Of a DNA stretch of 64,000 bases, positions 1-10,305 are shown piece after piece (positions within the stretch are counted from its first letter, which is position 1; each line of letters begins with the position of its first letter). A program made the position numbers and the translations under genes. The stretch comes from Marsupella aquatica (taxonomy: Eukaryota > Plantae > Marchantiophyta), in contig OZ316899.1 of the NCBI GenBank assembly GCA_973895155.1, positions 9,298,287 through 9,362,286 on the forward strand. The letters are read 5' to 3'. The notes beneath the pieces were generated by a model that saw nothing but the letters and a program-made list of their open reading frames with translations, was not told the origin of the DNA and searched no databases.

Positions 1-195
1 GAATGCCCGAATGCACGCAAACAGGGTGATGGACAACCAGCTCAGCTATGTATGGGATGCCGACAGGAAGGTCATATGCTAGGGCAATGTCCTACTTGGT
101 TGGCAGGCCTGGCCGCAAATCATAAGCTTTTGCCGATCAAGATCTTACGCCAGGTACTACCCCCGGAGGAGTTCAAATCAACCACATCAAACTAG
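1..195 (+). CDS. gag: Gag C-terminal CCHC zinc knuckle (partial)
   Basis: Frame 1 reads ECPNARKQGDGQPAQL-CMGCRQEGHMLGQC (CX2CX4HX4C) and stops at TAG 193-195. Confidence 0.85.
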   Translation, partial: ECPNARKQGDGQPAQLCMGCRQEGHMLGQCPTWLAGLAANHKLLPIKILRQVLPPEEFKSTTSN

Positions 196-1613
196 GATGG
201 CAAGAGGATGCCGAGGCAGAGTTCGTACCATCTGATGATGAGGCCGAAGCCCTATCAACCTTCTCAGAGGAGGATTTAGATCATGATTGCTACCGGGTCT
301 CTACTCGATCTACCAGAAGGAAGGAAAGGTGGGATGGGCTGGCCAAAAATAAAGGGAAGGTTACGGAGGAAAAGATCGACTCTTCGTCAACATCAACAGA
401 AGGAGAAGGGAGGGCTCCGGCAATACAGGTAAGCCATGAGCCCACCAGTGAAACCAATCCTTCACAAGATAGCGACTTCAATCGAGATCATCCTAAGTTG
501 TTCTACCCCTCTGTTACGGCTAGTGTTAAGGAACAACTAAGAGAATTAGAAACCCTGGAGAATACCGAAGCCATTGCCAAGGATGTAAAACGAGCAAAAG
601 CATTGTTTGCTTCGGAAGACCCAACAGCTGTGGAGACTAGCGTGGCAAAACTGGCCGAATCCAAGACGGAAACACCACCAGAGGAGAAGCCGATTGTTCC
701 CTATGACCTGGCTAAAGATGTACTAGAATCTAGAGTCTCGGCAACAGTAGGTCAACTATTGAAAAATAGCCCGTACTTCCGGAAGCAATTAAGGAAGGCT
801 ATTCTCGGCAAGCCGAGGTTACCCAAGGTAGCAACCAGATCCGACGTACTAATGATAGAAGAAGATCAAGGAGCCCCAGCATTACCATTAATGATTCAAG
901 GAGAATTATTACTATGGGTACCCATCGATGGAGGATCAGGGGTATGTATTATGATTGATTCAACAGCAAAAGGGTGGGGTCTAACACCGGAGATGACTGG
1001 AAGAGTGTTGAACATGGCCAATGGATATCAGGTCATTCCCACGGGAGTGTTAACCGGCATCAAGACAGAGATAGGAGGTATCTTCTTTAGCATTAACTAT
1101 GTAGTAATGAAGCCGGTAAATCCTACGTCATTCCGGCTATTGATTGGTAGGCCATGGCTGTACCTAGCCGAGGTAATAGAAGATTGGGGTAAAAAACAGT
1201 TCACTTTCGGGACCCCCTCTATCACGGTATCCTGGGACACTAAGGATGACCGTAGGAAAAGCATAAGGGAAGTAGATGGGTACGACAGTGGACTGGAGTC
1301 AGCCGATGAAGTACGTTGGTTAGAATGCCTCACTAACCTAACCGAAGAAGGTGTCTTTGGACCAGAGGTACCCCCCAGCGGATTATGGCAAGAACCAATG
1401 GAAGGTGACTTGGAAGAAGAAGACGAAGAGGTCGAGGACTGCTTTACAATAGAATCCACCTTTTTAGCTGCAATTCCGGAGGAAGTAAAGGATGTAGACC
1501 AATTGGATGAAACGGCTAAGTGGGGAGCAGTAGCAGGGACAGTGGATTTTCTGCAGGCGTTGTGGCAGAGCCGGCAGGGTTCACAACGCCATCGATCATC
1601 GGCAAGGAATTAA
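126..1613 (+). CDS. Gag-distal linker plus retroviral-type aspartic protease
   Basis: Frame is open from 126 (ORF track start 498). Contains IDGGSGVCIM and LLIGRPWL protease motifs. DCYRVSTRS and QDSDFNRDHPKLF match the second gypsy copy. Confidence 0.88.
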   Translation, partial: AFADQDLTPGTTPGGVQINHIKLGWQEDAEAEFVPSDDEAEALSTFSEEDLDHDCYRVSTRSTRRKERWDGLAKNKGKVTEEKIDSSSTSTEGEGRAPAIQVSHEPTSETNPSQDSDFNRDHPKLFYPSVTASVKEQLRELETLENTEAIAKDVKRAKALFASEDPTAVETSVAKLAESKTETPPEEKPIVPYDLAKDVLESRVSATVGQLLKNSPYFRKQLRKAILGKPRLPKVATRSDVLMIEEDQGAPALPLMIQGELLLWVPIDGGSGVCIMIDSTAKGWGLTPEMTGRVLNMANGYQVIPTGVLTGIKTEIGGIFFSINYVVMKPVNPTSFRLLIGRPWLYLAEVIEDWGKKQFTFGTPSITVSWDTKDDRRKSIREVDGYDSGLESADEVRWLECLTNLTEEGVFGPEVPPSGLWQEPMEGDLEEEDEEVEDCFTIESTFLAAIPEEVKDVDQLDETAKWGAVAGTVDFLQALWQSRQGSQRHRSSARN

Positions 1614-4600
1614 ATACCAAGGGATCGGCATACAAGCCGATTACGAGGGCAGAACAAATTGAGGCCCTATTAGAAGCCAAGAGAGCACAGCGGCCTAACT
1701 CTCAGGAGCAAGAGGTGGATGAGATGGACAGACACGATCCAGAGCCAAGGCAGGAAGGGGAGCCAACCACCAATTCAAAACCAAATAGACCGGCAAGGGG
1801 ACAATCTATGGACACCAAGAAAGGGACCGACTCGGCTAGTCCAGCCGAGATTCCAGTTTATGGAGGCATGAGATTAGAGAGACTGGAAGCCGAACTGGAC
1901 CCGAATTTGAAGAAGCAGATTAATATGATCCAAGCACGGCAATATCGGAAGCTCGACTTAGGAGAGGGAAGAGAACTGAACTTAGGGAGAAACCTAGCAG
2001 CTGAGCTCGAGAAAGAGATCAGTGACTTATTGATTGAATTTCAGGATGTGTTTGCATGGAGTCACCAAGATCTAAAGGGAGTAGATCCAACACTAGGGGA
2101 ACATCGAATTGATCTCATGTTAGGAGCCAAATCATTTCGACAACCAATTCGAAGGATGAACCCAAAGTATTCCCTGCTGGTCAAAACAGAAATCGACAAA
2201 CTAGTGGAAGCTGGATTCATCACTCCAGTCCTGCATTCAGACTGGGTGTCTCCAATTGTGATAGTTCCCAAGAAAGCTAGACCCGATGGTAAACCCAAGA
2301 TCCGGGTTTGTCAGGATTACAGGAAGCTGAATGAAGCAACATTAAAAGACCATTTTCCTTTACCGTTTACTGATATGGTACTAGACATGGTAGCCAGTCA
2401 TGAACTATATTCATTCATGGATGGATACTCTGGTTATAACCAAATCAGGATTCGGCAGGAAGACCAAATCAAGACGGCCTTCATCACGGAATGGGGAATC
2501 TATGTCTTCAATCGTATGCCGTTTGGACTCTGCAACGCACCAGCTATGTTTCAACGATTAATGGTGAAAATTTTTCATGATTACTTGAGAAAGTTCATGG
2601 AAATCTTCATTGATGACTTTGCAGTATTCGGGAAGGCATCGAAACATGCTAAATACCTCAGGAAAACCTTCATGAGATGTAGAGAGGTGGGTCTCAAGTT
2701 ACACTCAGATAAATGTTTCTTTGCAATAACCGAGGGGGTGCTACTAGGTCACAAGGTATCAAGGAAGGGCATTGAGATTGACAAAGGTAAGCTAGCAGTA
2801 TGGCTAGATATCATGCAACCTAAGAACATAAAGGATGTAAGATCCTTCTTGGGATGCATTGGTTACTATCGCCGGTTCATCAAGGATTTTGCCAAGCTAG
2901 CTTTACCATTAACCAACATGCTCAAGGCAGGAGCAGACTTCGAACCCACACCCGAACGAGTCACAGCGGTGGTAGAATTGAAGCAGATGTTAGTAGAGGC
3001 CCCAGTCATGATAGCACCGGACTGGAACAAAGATTTTCATGTTTTTGTAGATGTCTCGGGCTTCTGTATTGGCTCAGTACTAAGTCAGTTGGATGGAAAA
3101 GGAAGGGACCATCCCATATACTTCGCAAGCCGTCAGCTTGCCGATGCCGAACGGAACTACTCCACCACAGAGAGAGAAGCATTAGGAGTCATTTATTCTT
3201 GTAAAAAGTTTAGGCATTATTTACTAGGGTACAAGGTAATCTTTCATACCGATCATGAAAGTTTGAAGTACCTAGTCAATAAGCCGGACCTTACAGGCAG
3301 AGTAGCAAGATGGATTTTGCTATTACAGGAGTTTGACTATGAGCTGAGAATCAAGCCGGGAAAGTTACATGCCAATGCCGACTTCTTTTCAAGGATCACA
3401 GGTAAACCTGCCACGGATTGCATCGATGATCGATTCCCCGACGAGGAGCTATTCGTTGTGGAAATAGCTGGTACATGGTACCCTGAGATTTTACAATTTC
3501 TCAGCACTTCCAGATTACAGCCAGGATTAAGCCGAGAGCAAGCCGCAGTCTTTGTGCGGAAGGTCAGACAGTATCAGTGCATTAAAGGCATACTGCACAA
3601 GCATAGAATCAACGGCACGATTCAAAGATGTTTGGAAAAGAGAGAGGTAAAACGAGTCCTACGGGCCATGCATGGAGAGGAGGCCGGAGGACATTTTGCC
3701 CCAGTAACCACGTCTAAGAAGATATTAAATGCCGGTTACTGGTGGCCCACCTTGCACAAAGATGTCTATCAGTTTATCAAACAATGCGATCCTTGTCAAC
3801 GAGCGGGAGGACCAAGGGCGTCCACCAGGCATCCACTGCACCCTATTCTACCTCTGGCACCATTCGAGAAGTGGGGTATTGATTACATTGGACCTCTGAA
3901 ACCACTGACCCACCCTCGACGGAACAAGTACATAATCCTGGCTACGGATTATGCAACTAAATGGGTAGAGGCCAGACCAACAACGAAGGATGATGCAATT
4001 ACTACGGCTAGATTCATGTATGAGCAGATCTTCACCAGGTATGGAGCACCCCTAGAATTAGTTAGTGATAGAGGAACCCATTTTTTGAATGATATAATTA
4101 GTCGTTTAAATGAGCAGTATTTAGTTAAACATAGGCCTACTACTCCCTACCATCCAAAGGCAAACGGGTTGACAGAACGAGCAAACGGAATTATAGGAAA
4201 GATATTGAACAAAACAGTAGCTCAGAACAAACTTGATTGGGATGATAAATTGTTTGCTGCTGTTTTTGCTTACAATCTTGCCTATAAATCCACTACCGGT
4301 CATACACCCTTCTTCTTAACCTTTGGACAAGAAGCCCTGGTACCCATGCAACTTGAGATACCGACATTTCAAGTTACAATTGAGGAAAGAGCCTCAGCGG
4401 AGGAGAGCCTAAAGGAGCGAGAATATAGGTTAGAAGCTTTAGAGGAAGCGAGAATGATTTCAGCCGAGAGAGTAGAATATAGACAGAATATCATGAAGCA
4501 GCAGTATGATAAAAAGTTGAAAGTAGTTAGTATTCATACCGGTGATCTTGTGCTACTTTATGCCAGTAGGTATAGTAGGTTTCCAGGAAAGCTTTACACT

Positions 4601-4786
4601 CGCTGGTTAGGACCCTTTAGAGTAACCATGATGTTCCCCAATGGCTCCGTACAATTGGCCGACATTACGGGAGAGGTATATCCAGTTCGCATCCATTATG
4701 ACCGCCTCAAGAAATACTATATGGACGAAGATGAAGTTGTTCGCGAGGACGCTTCACAATTAAGTGGGGAGCTATGTGATGCCTAG
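1520..4786 (+). CDS. pol: Pol polyprotein (RT, RNase H, integrase), intact
   Basis: RT motifs DYRKLN, MDGYSGYNQI, MPFGLCNAPA, FIDDF. RNase H VFVDVSG and TDHESL. Integrase HHCC, WGIDYIGP, SDRGTHF, and GPF motif. Confidence 0.97.
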   Translation: MGSSSRDSGFSAGVVAEPAGFTTPSIIGKELNTKGSAYKPITRAEQIEALLEAKRAQRPNSQEQEVDEMDRHDPEPRQEGEPTTNSKPNRPARGQSMDTKKGTDSASPAEIPVYGGMRLERLEAELDPNLKKQINMIQARQYRKLDLGEGRELNLGRNLAAELEKEISDLLIEFQDVFAWSHQDLKGVDPTLGEHRIDLMLGAKSFRQPIRRMNPKYSLLVKTEIDKLVEAGFITPVLHSDWVSPIVIVPKKARPDGKPKIRVCQDYRKLNEATLKDHFPLPFTDMVLDMVASHELYSFMDGYSGYNQIRIRQEDQIKTAFITEWGIYVFNRMPFGLCNAPAMFQRLMVKIFHDYLRKFMEIFIDDFAVFGKASKHAKYLRKTFMRCREVGLKLHSDKCFFAITEGVLLGHKVSRKGIEIDKGKLAVWLDIMQPKNIKDVRSFLGCIGYYRRFIKDFAKLALPLTNMLKAGADFEPTPERVTAVVELKQMLVEAPVMIAPDWNKDFHVFVDVSGFCIGSVLSQLDGKGRDHPIYFASRQLADAERNYSTTEREALGVIYSCKKFRHYLLGYKVIFHTDHESLKYLVNKPDLTGRVARWILLLQEFDYELRIKPGKLHANADFFSRITGKPATDCIDDRFPDEELFVVEIAGTWYPEILQFLSTSRLQPGLSREQAAVFVRKVRQYQCIKGILHKHRINGTIQRCLEKREVKRVLRAMHGEEAGGHFAPVTTSKKILNAGYWWPTLHKDVYQFIKQCDPCQRAGGPRASTRHPLHPILPLAPFEKWGIDYIGPLKPLTHPRRNKYIILATDYATKWVEARPTTKDDAITTARFMYEQIFTRYGAPLELVSDRGTHFLNDIISRLNEQYLVKHRPTTPYHPKANGLTERANGIIGKILNKTVAQNKLDWDDKLFAAVFAYNLAYKSTTGHTPFFLTFGQEALVPMQLEIPTFQVTIEERASAEESLKEREYRLEALEEARMISAERVEYRQNIMKQQYDKKLKVVSIHTGDLVLLYASRYSRFPGKLYTRWLGPFRVTMMFPNGSVQLADITGEVYPVRIHYDRLKKYYMDEDEVVREDASQLSGELCDA
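1544..1603 (+). promoter_or_regulatory. Candidate programmed -1 ribosomal frameshift signal (G GAU UUU plus stem-loop/pseudoknot)
   Basis: Heptamer at 1544-1550 in the protease frame, inside the -1 overlap with pol. A 5-nt spacer is followed by a perfect 9-bp stem GGCGTTGTG (1556-1564) / CACAACGCC (1582-1590). Confidence 0.7.
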
Positions 4787-4889
4787 ACAGGAATCACTCG
4801 GCCAGTTAAGTGGGTAAAGCAGGAAGGCACCCTAGGAACACCTTAGTATAGGGACAAAACAAGGAAAATATAAACAATTAGGGGCAACC

Positions 4890-7800
4890 ATGGAACCCGG
4901 GCCGAGGCCGGAGGTAAGGACGCTGAGGGTGAAAACCCGATTAGGGTTAGGGCGCGTTAAGCGTCGGCGGCTAGGAAGGATCAACGGGAAGAAGGACCGG
5001 CAGAGGAGAGGGGTAAGGAGCGCTTGCAGGAGATGGTGGCTCATTTGCGAGCACGAACTAGGCAGACGACTACGGGAGGCCAACTACTGTCAGCTGCTTA
5101 GGCAAGCACTCGGGGAGAGAGTAGATACCGACGATCGACCTAAGGAGGGTATGAGCAACGTCAATCAAGCGGCACATTTCTGGGGATGCCTGTTCGAACG
5201 GGCAACTGAGTACATCAAGACTTACGAGGACGAGGAATCAGAAAGGGCAGCTCGAGAACGGCAAGAGCTCGCTCGATTGTGGGAGCTGCAAAAGACGGCT
5301 TTCTTAGGAGGCGAACTCATCAAGGACGAGTTCCTGTGGACGCCTACTTCCAATCAACTCGACGATCTTCTGTTTTGCAAAGACAGCGTCATCGGCATCC
5401 GAGAGGCCATCAAGAACTGCAACGACATACACTGGGAATTAAAGGGAAGCACGGAAAGGTGGACCCAGGCAACGGTGCTAGGAGAAACCTCCACGGCAGC
5501 AGAGATGAAGAGGAAGGGAGCCGTCAACGATGAAGCCACCCCGGCAAAAAGAACGAGGTCGGCGGCACCAAAGAAGCCAGCCGAGCAGCAGAGCAGGAGG
5601 CAGGGAGAAGCCGAAGAGGAGGAGGTCGATCCCATCAAGGCCATTCCAACCAGGGATGACACCTGGAAGGGCTGGGCGGCAACCCTACCGGTGGAGGTGC
5701 AACTACATTTTGCACGGGAGGAGGATGCATGCTTCACAGCCATGCAGACCAAGAAGTACCAAGGCTTCATGGCCGGATCCGGCTTAGAGGCCTTTGTAAG
5801 ATTACCATGGCTGAAGCCGGAGGTACCGGAGTCAGACCTATTAGAATTCGTGGGGTCATGGGAACCCGAGACCAATTGCACGAGGATATATGGGAAGGAT
5901 TTCTATCTTACTCCCAAGGTAATTGCCGAAGTGTTTGGCTTGCCGATAGGCAATAAGACCAAAGTTGATACCAGGAAGACCTTGCCTGACAAGGAGTTCC
6001 GGTCGTTCCCTGGGCCATCAACGAAGAATGGCTTCTTCCGGAACACCTGCACCAACCCGCACATAGGAGAGATGATCGACTTCTTGCGGGTGACCATGCA
6101 TTGTAACTTGCCGAGGGCAGAGATCGGCAAGGCACAGGTCTATCTGGCAGAAAGGCCAGACCCAAGTCGGGACTACAACGGGTACCTCCTCAACCAATTG
6201 AAGAAGATCTTAAAGGAGGAGCAGCAGGTAATCGGCATGGGGAGCGTGTCGCGGCTTGGCTATCACATGCCGCTGTTGTGCCGGTATGCCAGAGGTCAGA
6301 CTTTTGCCCCTGTACTTCCCCTGCAGGTAAGGGCACCCGAGGAAGCTCCAACGCCGAGGCCGTTGGCTGAGAAGCCTCAACCACCTGTTAGCCCTACGAT
6401 CGAGCAGGTGTTTAGGCCCAGGAAGGAGGACTTGCCGATGCAGCAACTAGGCATGCAGAGTCTGTTGAAACTACTGGAGAAAGAAAAGAAATCGGCATCG
6501 GCAACAACAACGGCAACGGCAACAATGCAGGACACTACTACAGAGGTAGGCCTACACCGGCTCACAAGAGAAAACCCCTTTGCTGGAGACAAGGAGAGAA
6601 TCAGGCCGGAATCCAAGCCAGGTGTTCGAATGTACGTGGGAACCTCAAGCTCCGAATCTGAGGCAGAATTGCCTGAAGCTCTTACCGACGAAGAGGAGAG
6701 GGAGAAGCCGGATGTCCAAGAGGTAGAGGAGGCAGTGGAGGACTGCAGCCATGATAATTCCAGCTATGGGTCGGACCATCACGTTCCAGGAGTAAGGACC
6801 TGTGGCCGGTTTGTCCCCACACTTCCAAGGGTAGTGCGAGGGGACCCCAACCAGCAGAGTAGCCCTGAGTCTCCCCCACCAGATGTTGCTCCCCCGAGCT
6901 TCGACGGCATAAAACAGACGGTGCAGGAATTTCAGGAGCGAATCAGGCAGGAAGAGGAGGCAGCCCTGGCTAAGGAAAAGGATTTACCAGGAGGAGATTG
7001 GCCGGAGGACATCAGGCGGCTAGCCAAAAAAGGAAGCAAACCTCTAGCCACGATTGAAGAGATCCGCAAGACGGCTTGGGAGCAGAGGCCGCGATGGGCG
7101 ATGCCGATCACTTCTACTTACTCCACCTACGCTAAGAATAGAGCCATGGAGTATGGTGAGATGTGTGGGGAACTTGCGCTCGGCATCTTTGGAGAGGAGT
7201 TGGAGGTAGGACCCTTTTTCCATAGGGAGCAGTTGGAGAAGCACCAATTAGAAGAAGCGGTGGCTTTAGAGAGAAGCAAGAAGGACGAGGTCATTCGGCG
7301 GCTTAGGAGGATGGAAGCCGAGATTGAAGATCTAAGGGCGGCCAAGAAAGCCCAAGATGAACTGCGGATTAAACGACATGAGCTGAACATCATGTAGGGG
7401 CAGTTGGACACCGCGCAGGCTGATAATCAGAATATCAAGGATAAACTGACTCAAACGCAGGGAGAGTTGGCCGACACAATCAAAGAGAGGGAGAAGTGGA
7501 AGCAAGAGCTGAAGAATACAGAGGAGGCCCACATAACAGCCAACAGTCGGGCCATGGCGGAGACCCAAAGAAAGGAATGGGCGTTGAAAGGGGAGCTCGA
7601 GAAAATCCGCGGAGCCCTTGAGCAGAAGGAGGCCGAGTTAGGGAAATCCTATCAAGGGATTATGGCGCTGCAGCAGGAGCTTGCGTCCCTGACGGCCAAC
7701 TTCAAGGCCGACCTAAGGGAGAAGGACGAGATGCTCGAACAGACTTACGCCAAGATGAACCAGATGGAGTCTGTCATCATTGCAGAGCTCGACAAGGAGC

Positions 7801-8525
7801 TAAGAGCAACCCAGGTGGAGAGGACTACCTTGAAACAAGAACGGGAGGAAGCCCAGAAGGAACTAGAGGAGGCGTGCAAGGACCTGGATGAGACCTAGGA
7901 GGAGTTGGAGGAAATCACGAGGAAGATGGAGAACCTCCAGCGGCGGGCCGACAACCAAACGGAGCGGCTGAAGAAACAAGCCGCAGTATTTAAGTGCTTG
8001 TCTTCATCAGGCCCAACTCCAATTGGGGCAACCAAGTTACCAGGAGTGGTACTGGCCGAAGAAAAAGCCGCGCCAACTGCACCAGTGCTGGAAGTAAGTG
8101 GGAAGGGGAAGGGACCAGCTGCCGAACCAGAAAAGAAGAAAAAGCGGAAACCTTCAGGGTCAAGGAGTAATCCGACTCCACAAGCCGTGGTGACCAAAGA
8201 GGTAGAACCAGCACCATCCTCCGGCATGAATACAACAATATATCCCGCTATCATCACAGGTGGGGGTGGTGCGGCCCAAGCCGAACTACTCAGTAATGAG
8301 GCCGGTATTCCAGATCCGCCTCTTGAGCAGGCCGGGGAGACCGTAGCCGAGGCTGAGGCCGTAACCGATTCCTGAGCCGATGCCGACGCCGATGGTGGAC
8401 CCAGTCAGGCCGATGGAGAGTTGACTCAGTCAAGGGCAGGTAATCTGTCAGGGAATGAGCCTACGGCAGTGGCTGAGGAGGAAGCGTTGGGGGCGTCCAT
8501 TAAGGATCCACCACCGGTGTCGTGA
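4890..8525 (+). pseudogene. Large extra ORF 3' of pol (plant-transposon-protein-like domain plus long coiled coil), interrupted by in-frame stops
   Basis: ORFs 4890-7397, 7404-7898 and 7905-8375 share one frame, separated by single TAG/TGA codons. LLEFVGSW...IYGKDFYLTPKVIAEVFGLP resembles Athila-type accessory ORFs. E/K/Q-rich heptads from about 7230. Likely start is ATG 5151. Confidence 0.75.
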
Positions 8526-9114
8526 CGGTGCAAGGGCGTCGTTCCTTTTAGGGAGGGCGGACGTGGAGGGAGGAGGCGTGAGTGGGCAGGGCGGGCGCGG
8601 ATCTCCACGTTTAGGATTAGGATCAGAACCAGGAGCGGCCCTGACACTTAGCTTAGTGGGATTGCGGTCCCACTGGTAGGAGCAACACTTGTGCTCCTGC
8701 CTTGCTGTACATAGGTAGATTCGGGCAAGTAGATTACTGTTAAGTAGATTAGGCTTACGATGCAAAGAATGGCGGATCCACTACCAGGATAAGTACCTGG
8801 GCAGCGGGGAGCTCAGGGCCTCTTCTTTAGCAAGTTTTTAGTTTGCACCAGTCGGGCTGGGATCAAGTAGTACGAGAAGCTCTCGGTTAGTCATACAGTG
8901 ACCCTTGTGTATATTCATGTTTCCTCATGCCTAAGAGCTGAATAGAGTTTGCCTCACGGCTTAGTTCGCAGAACTTGTGTATGAGATGTACTGTTTGTAT
9001 GGCAAGTGCATGGTATGACTCAGTCAGAATGAGTCATTTTGCTATTTGTGTGTCGCATTAACTTGTGTGAAGAGTGCCCACATCAACCAGAAGGAAGGAA
9101 AGTAAGCAGGGGAG

Positions 9115-9710
9115 TGAGAGTTGGATGTGTCGAGCTGAGAGAGGTCTTAGCGGCTTAACCAAGCCTATTGGGGATCATTCCGGCGGCGGAATCCAAACAT
9201 ACCTAACAAGACGGAGGGGAAGACAGGGGAAGGCCTAGATTAGGCCGGCTACGTATCTCATGACCCGATGAAGGATCTGTCCAGTATATGTGTGTAAAAT
9301 GTTAATAGTAGTAGTAGAAGGTTAGCAACGTCCCATGCCGCTAAGCCGCGGAAACGGCCTCGCCAAGCGCGAAACCCGCGGGAATCGGCTTGAGCTGGGG
9401 GGTTTCTTGGGTTTAGGGAGCCATGGGACGCACCACAAGACTCATAGAGCAGAGCAGCCTAGTCGTTCCCGTGTGAAGAAGAGGAAGACGCGACATAGCT
9501 TGTATGGATAGTGGACTAGGTAGACATATATAGATCTAGTACCAGGCTAGCGAGGTGGATAGTTGGAGGGCATTATGTCCATTTGATATGCCCAGCCTTT
9601 AGCATAGCTGGCACTATGCATGGAGATGTTCTCCATTTTTTGTACTTTTGCCCTGAATATTTCATTTTTGTATATAAGATATAGTTAGGTCGTGTCATGC
9701 CCGGGTTTCA
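9115..9710 (+). repeat. Putative 3' LTR of gypsy element 1
   Basis: Purine tract ...AGCAGGGGAG ends at 9114, then TGA...TCA termini. CACTA-type sequence follows 9710. No 5' LTR in the window to confirm. Confidence 0.55.
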
Positions 9711-10305
9711 AGGTACATAGTGTGCAATCAAAATTGTTAGTCTCTCTTGACTAAATGACCTCTCTAAACCCTAGATAAAAACTCAGTTAAAGAATTAAAT
9801 TGCACCCCAATTAAACCCCCAATTAGCCCCCCATTTAAAATAGGCCCAATCAAGCTCGCCAAATAGTTTCCGGTAGATACCAATCCATATCTGATGCCAC
9901 AATCATCGTACTTTTCCATCCCAAACGTATCGCAAAGTTCGATTCTACTATAATTGCAATTTCCGTTCCAAAAAAAATTGGACATTTCCAATGTTAAAAC
10001 AATCGGGCATTTCCATGTCCAGAATATCGGTCTAGAATCGGACGCCTCCATTAACAGAAAATGCATGGAACAGACATTCGATTAAACGGGCATCGGACAT
10101 AGTGTTTCCTGACAGTTTAGAGGACGGAACTCCCGAATGTTTTGGTATCGGTAGTTCCGATTGGTTTCCGATTGTTGTTTTCCGATACAAAGTATATCAG
10201 AAAATGCGATTCTTTTGGTATCGGATAGGTGAGATTTCTGCGTCAGATTTCTTGAAGGCGTCCGATGGAAATACAATCGGTAAAACGCCTCAAAATGTAC
10301 TAGTG
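9711..10305 (+). mobile_element. CACTA (EnSpm) right-end fragment
   Basis: Ends in AAAATGTACTAGTG (10292-10305, reverse complement CACTAGTACATTTT). Dense TCCGA/TCGGA subterminal motifs. Confidence 0.8.

Larger units (their letters stand above)
1..9710 (+). mobile_element. Ty3/gypsy LTR retrotransposon, non-chromovirus (Athila/Phygy-like), 5' part outside window
   Basis: Domain order zinc knuckle, protease, RT, RNase H, integrase, then extra ORF, purine tract and LTR. No chromodomain and no second RNase H. A related copy at 13309-18065 has a tRNA-Asp PBS. Confidence 0.93.

Noticed and set aside
4890-8525. Retroviral envelope gene
   Set aside because: No signal peptide or transmembrane segment is visible.
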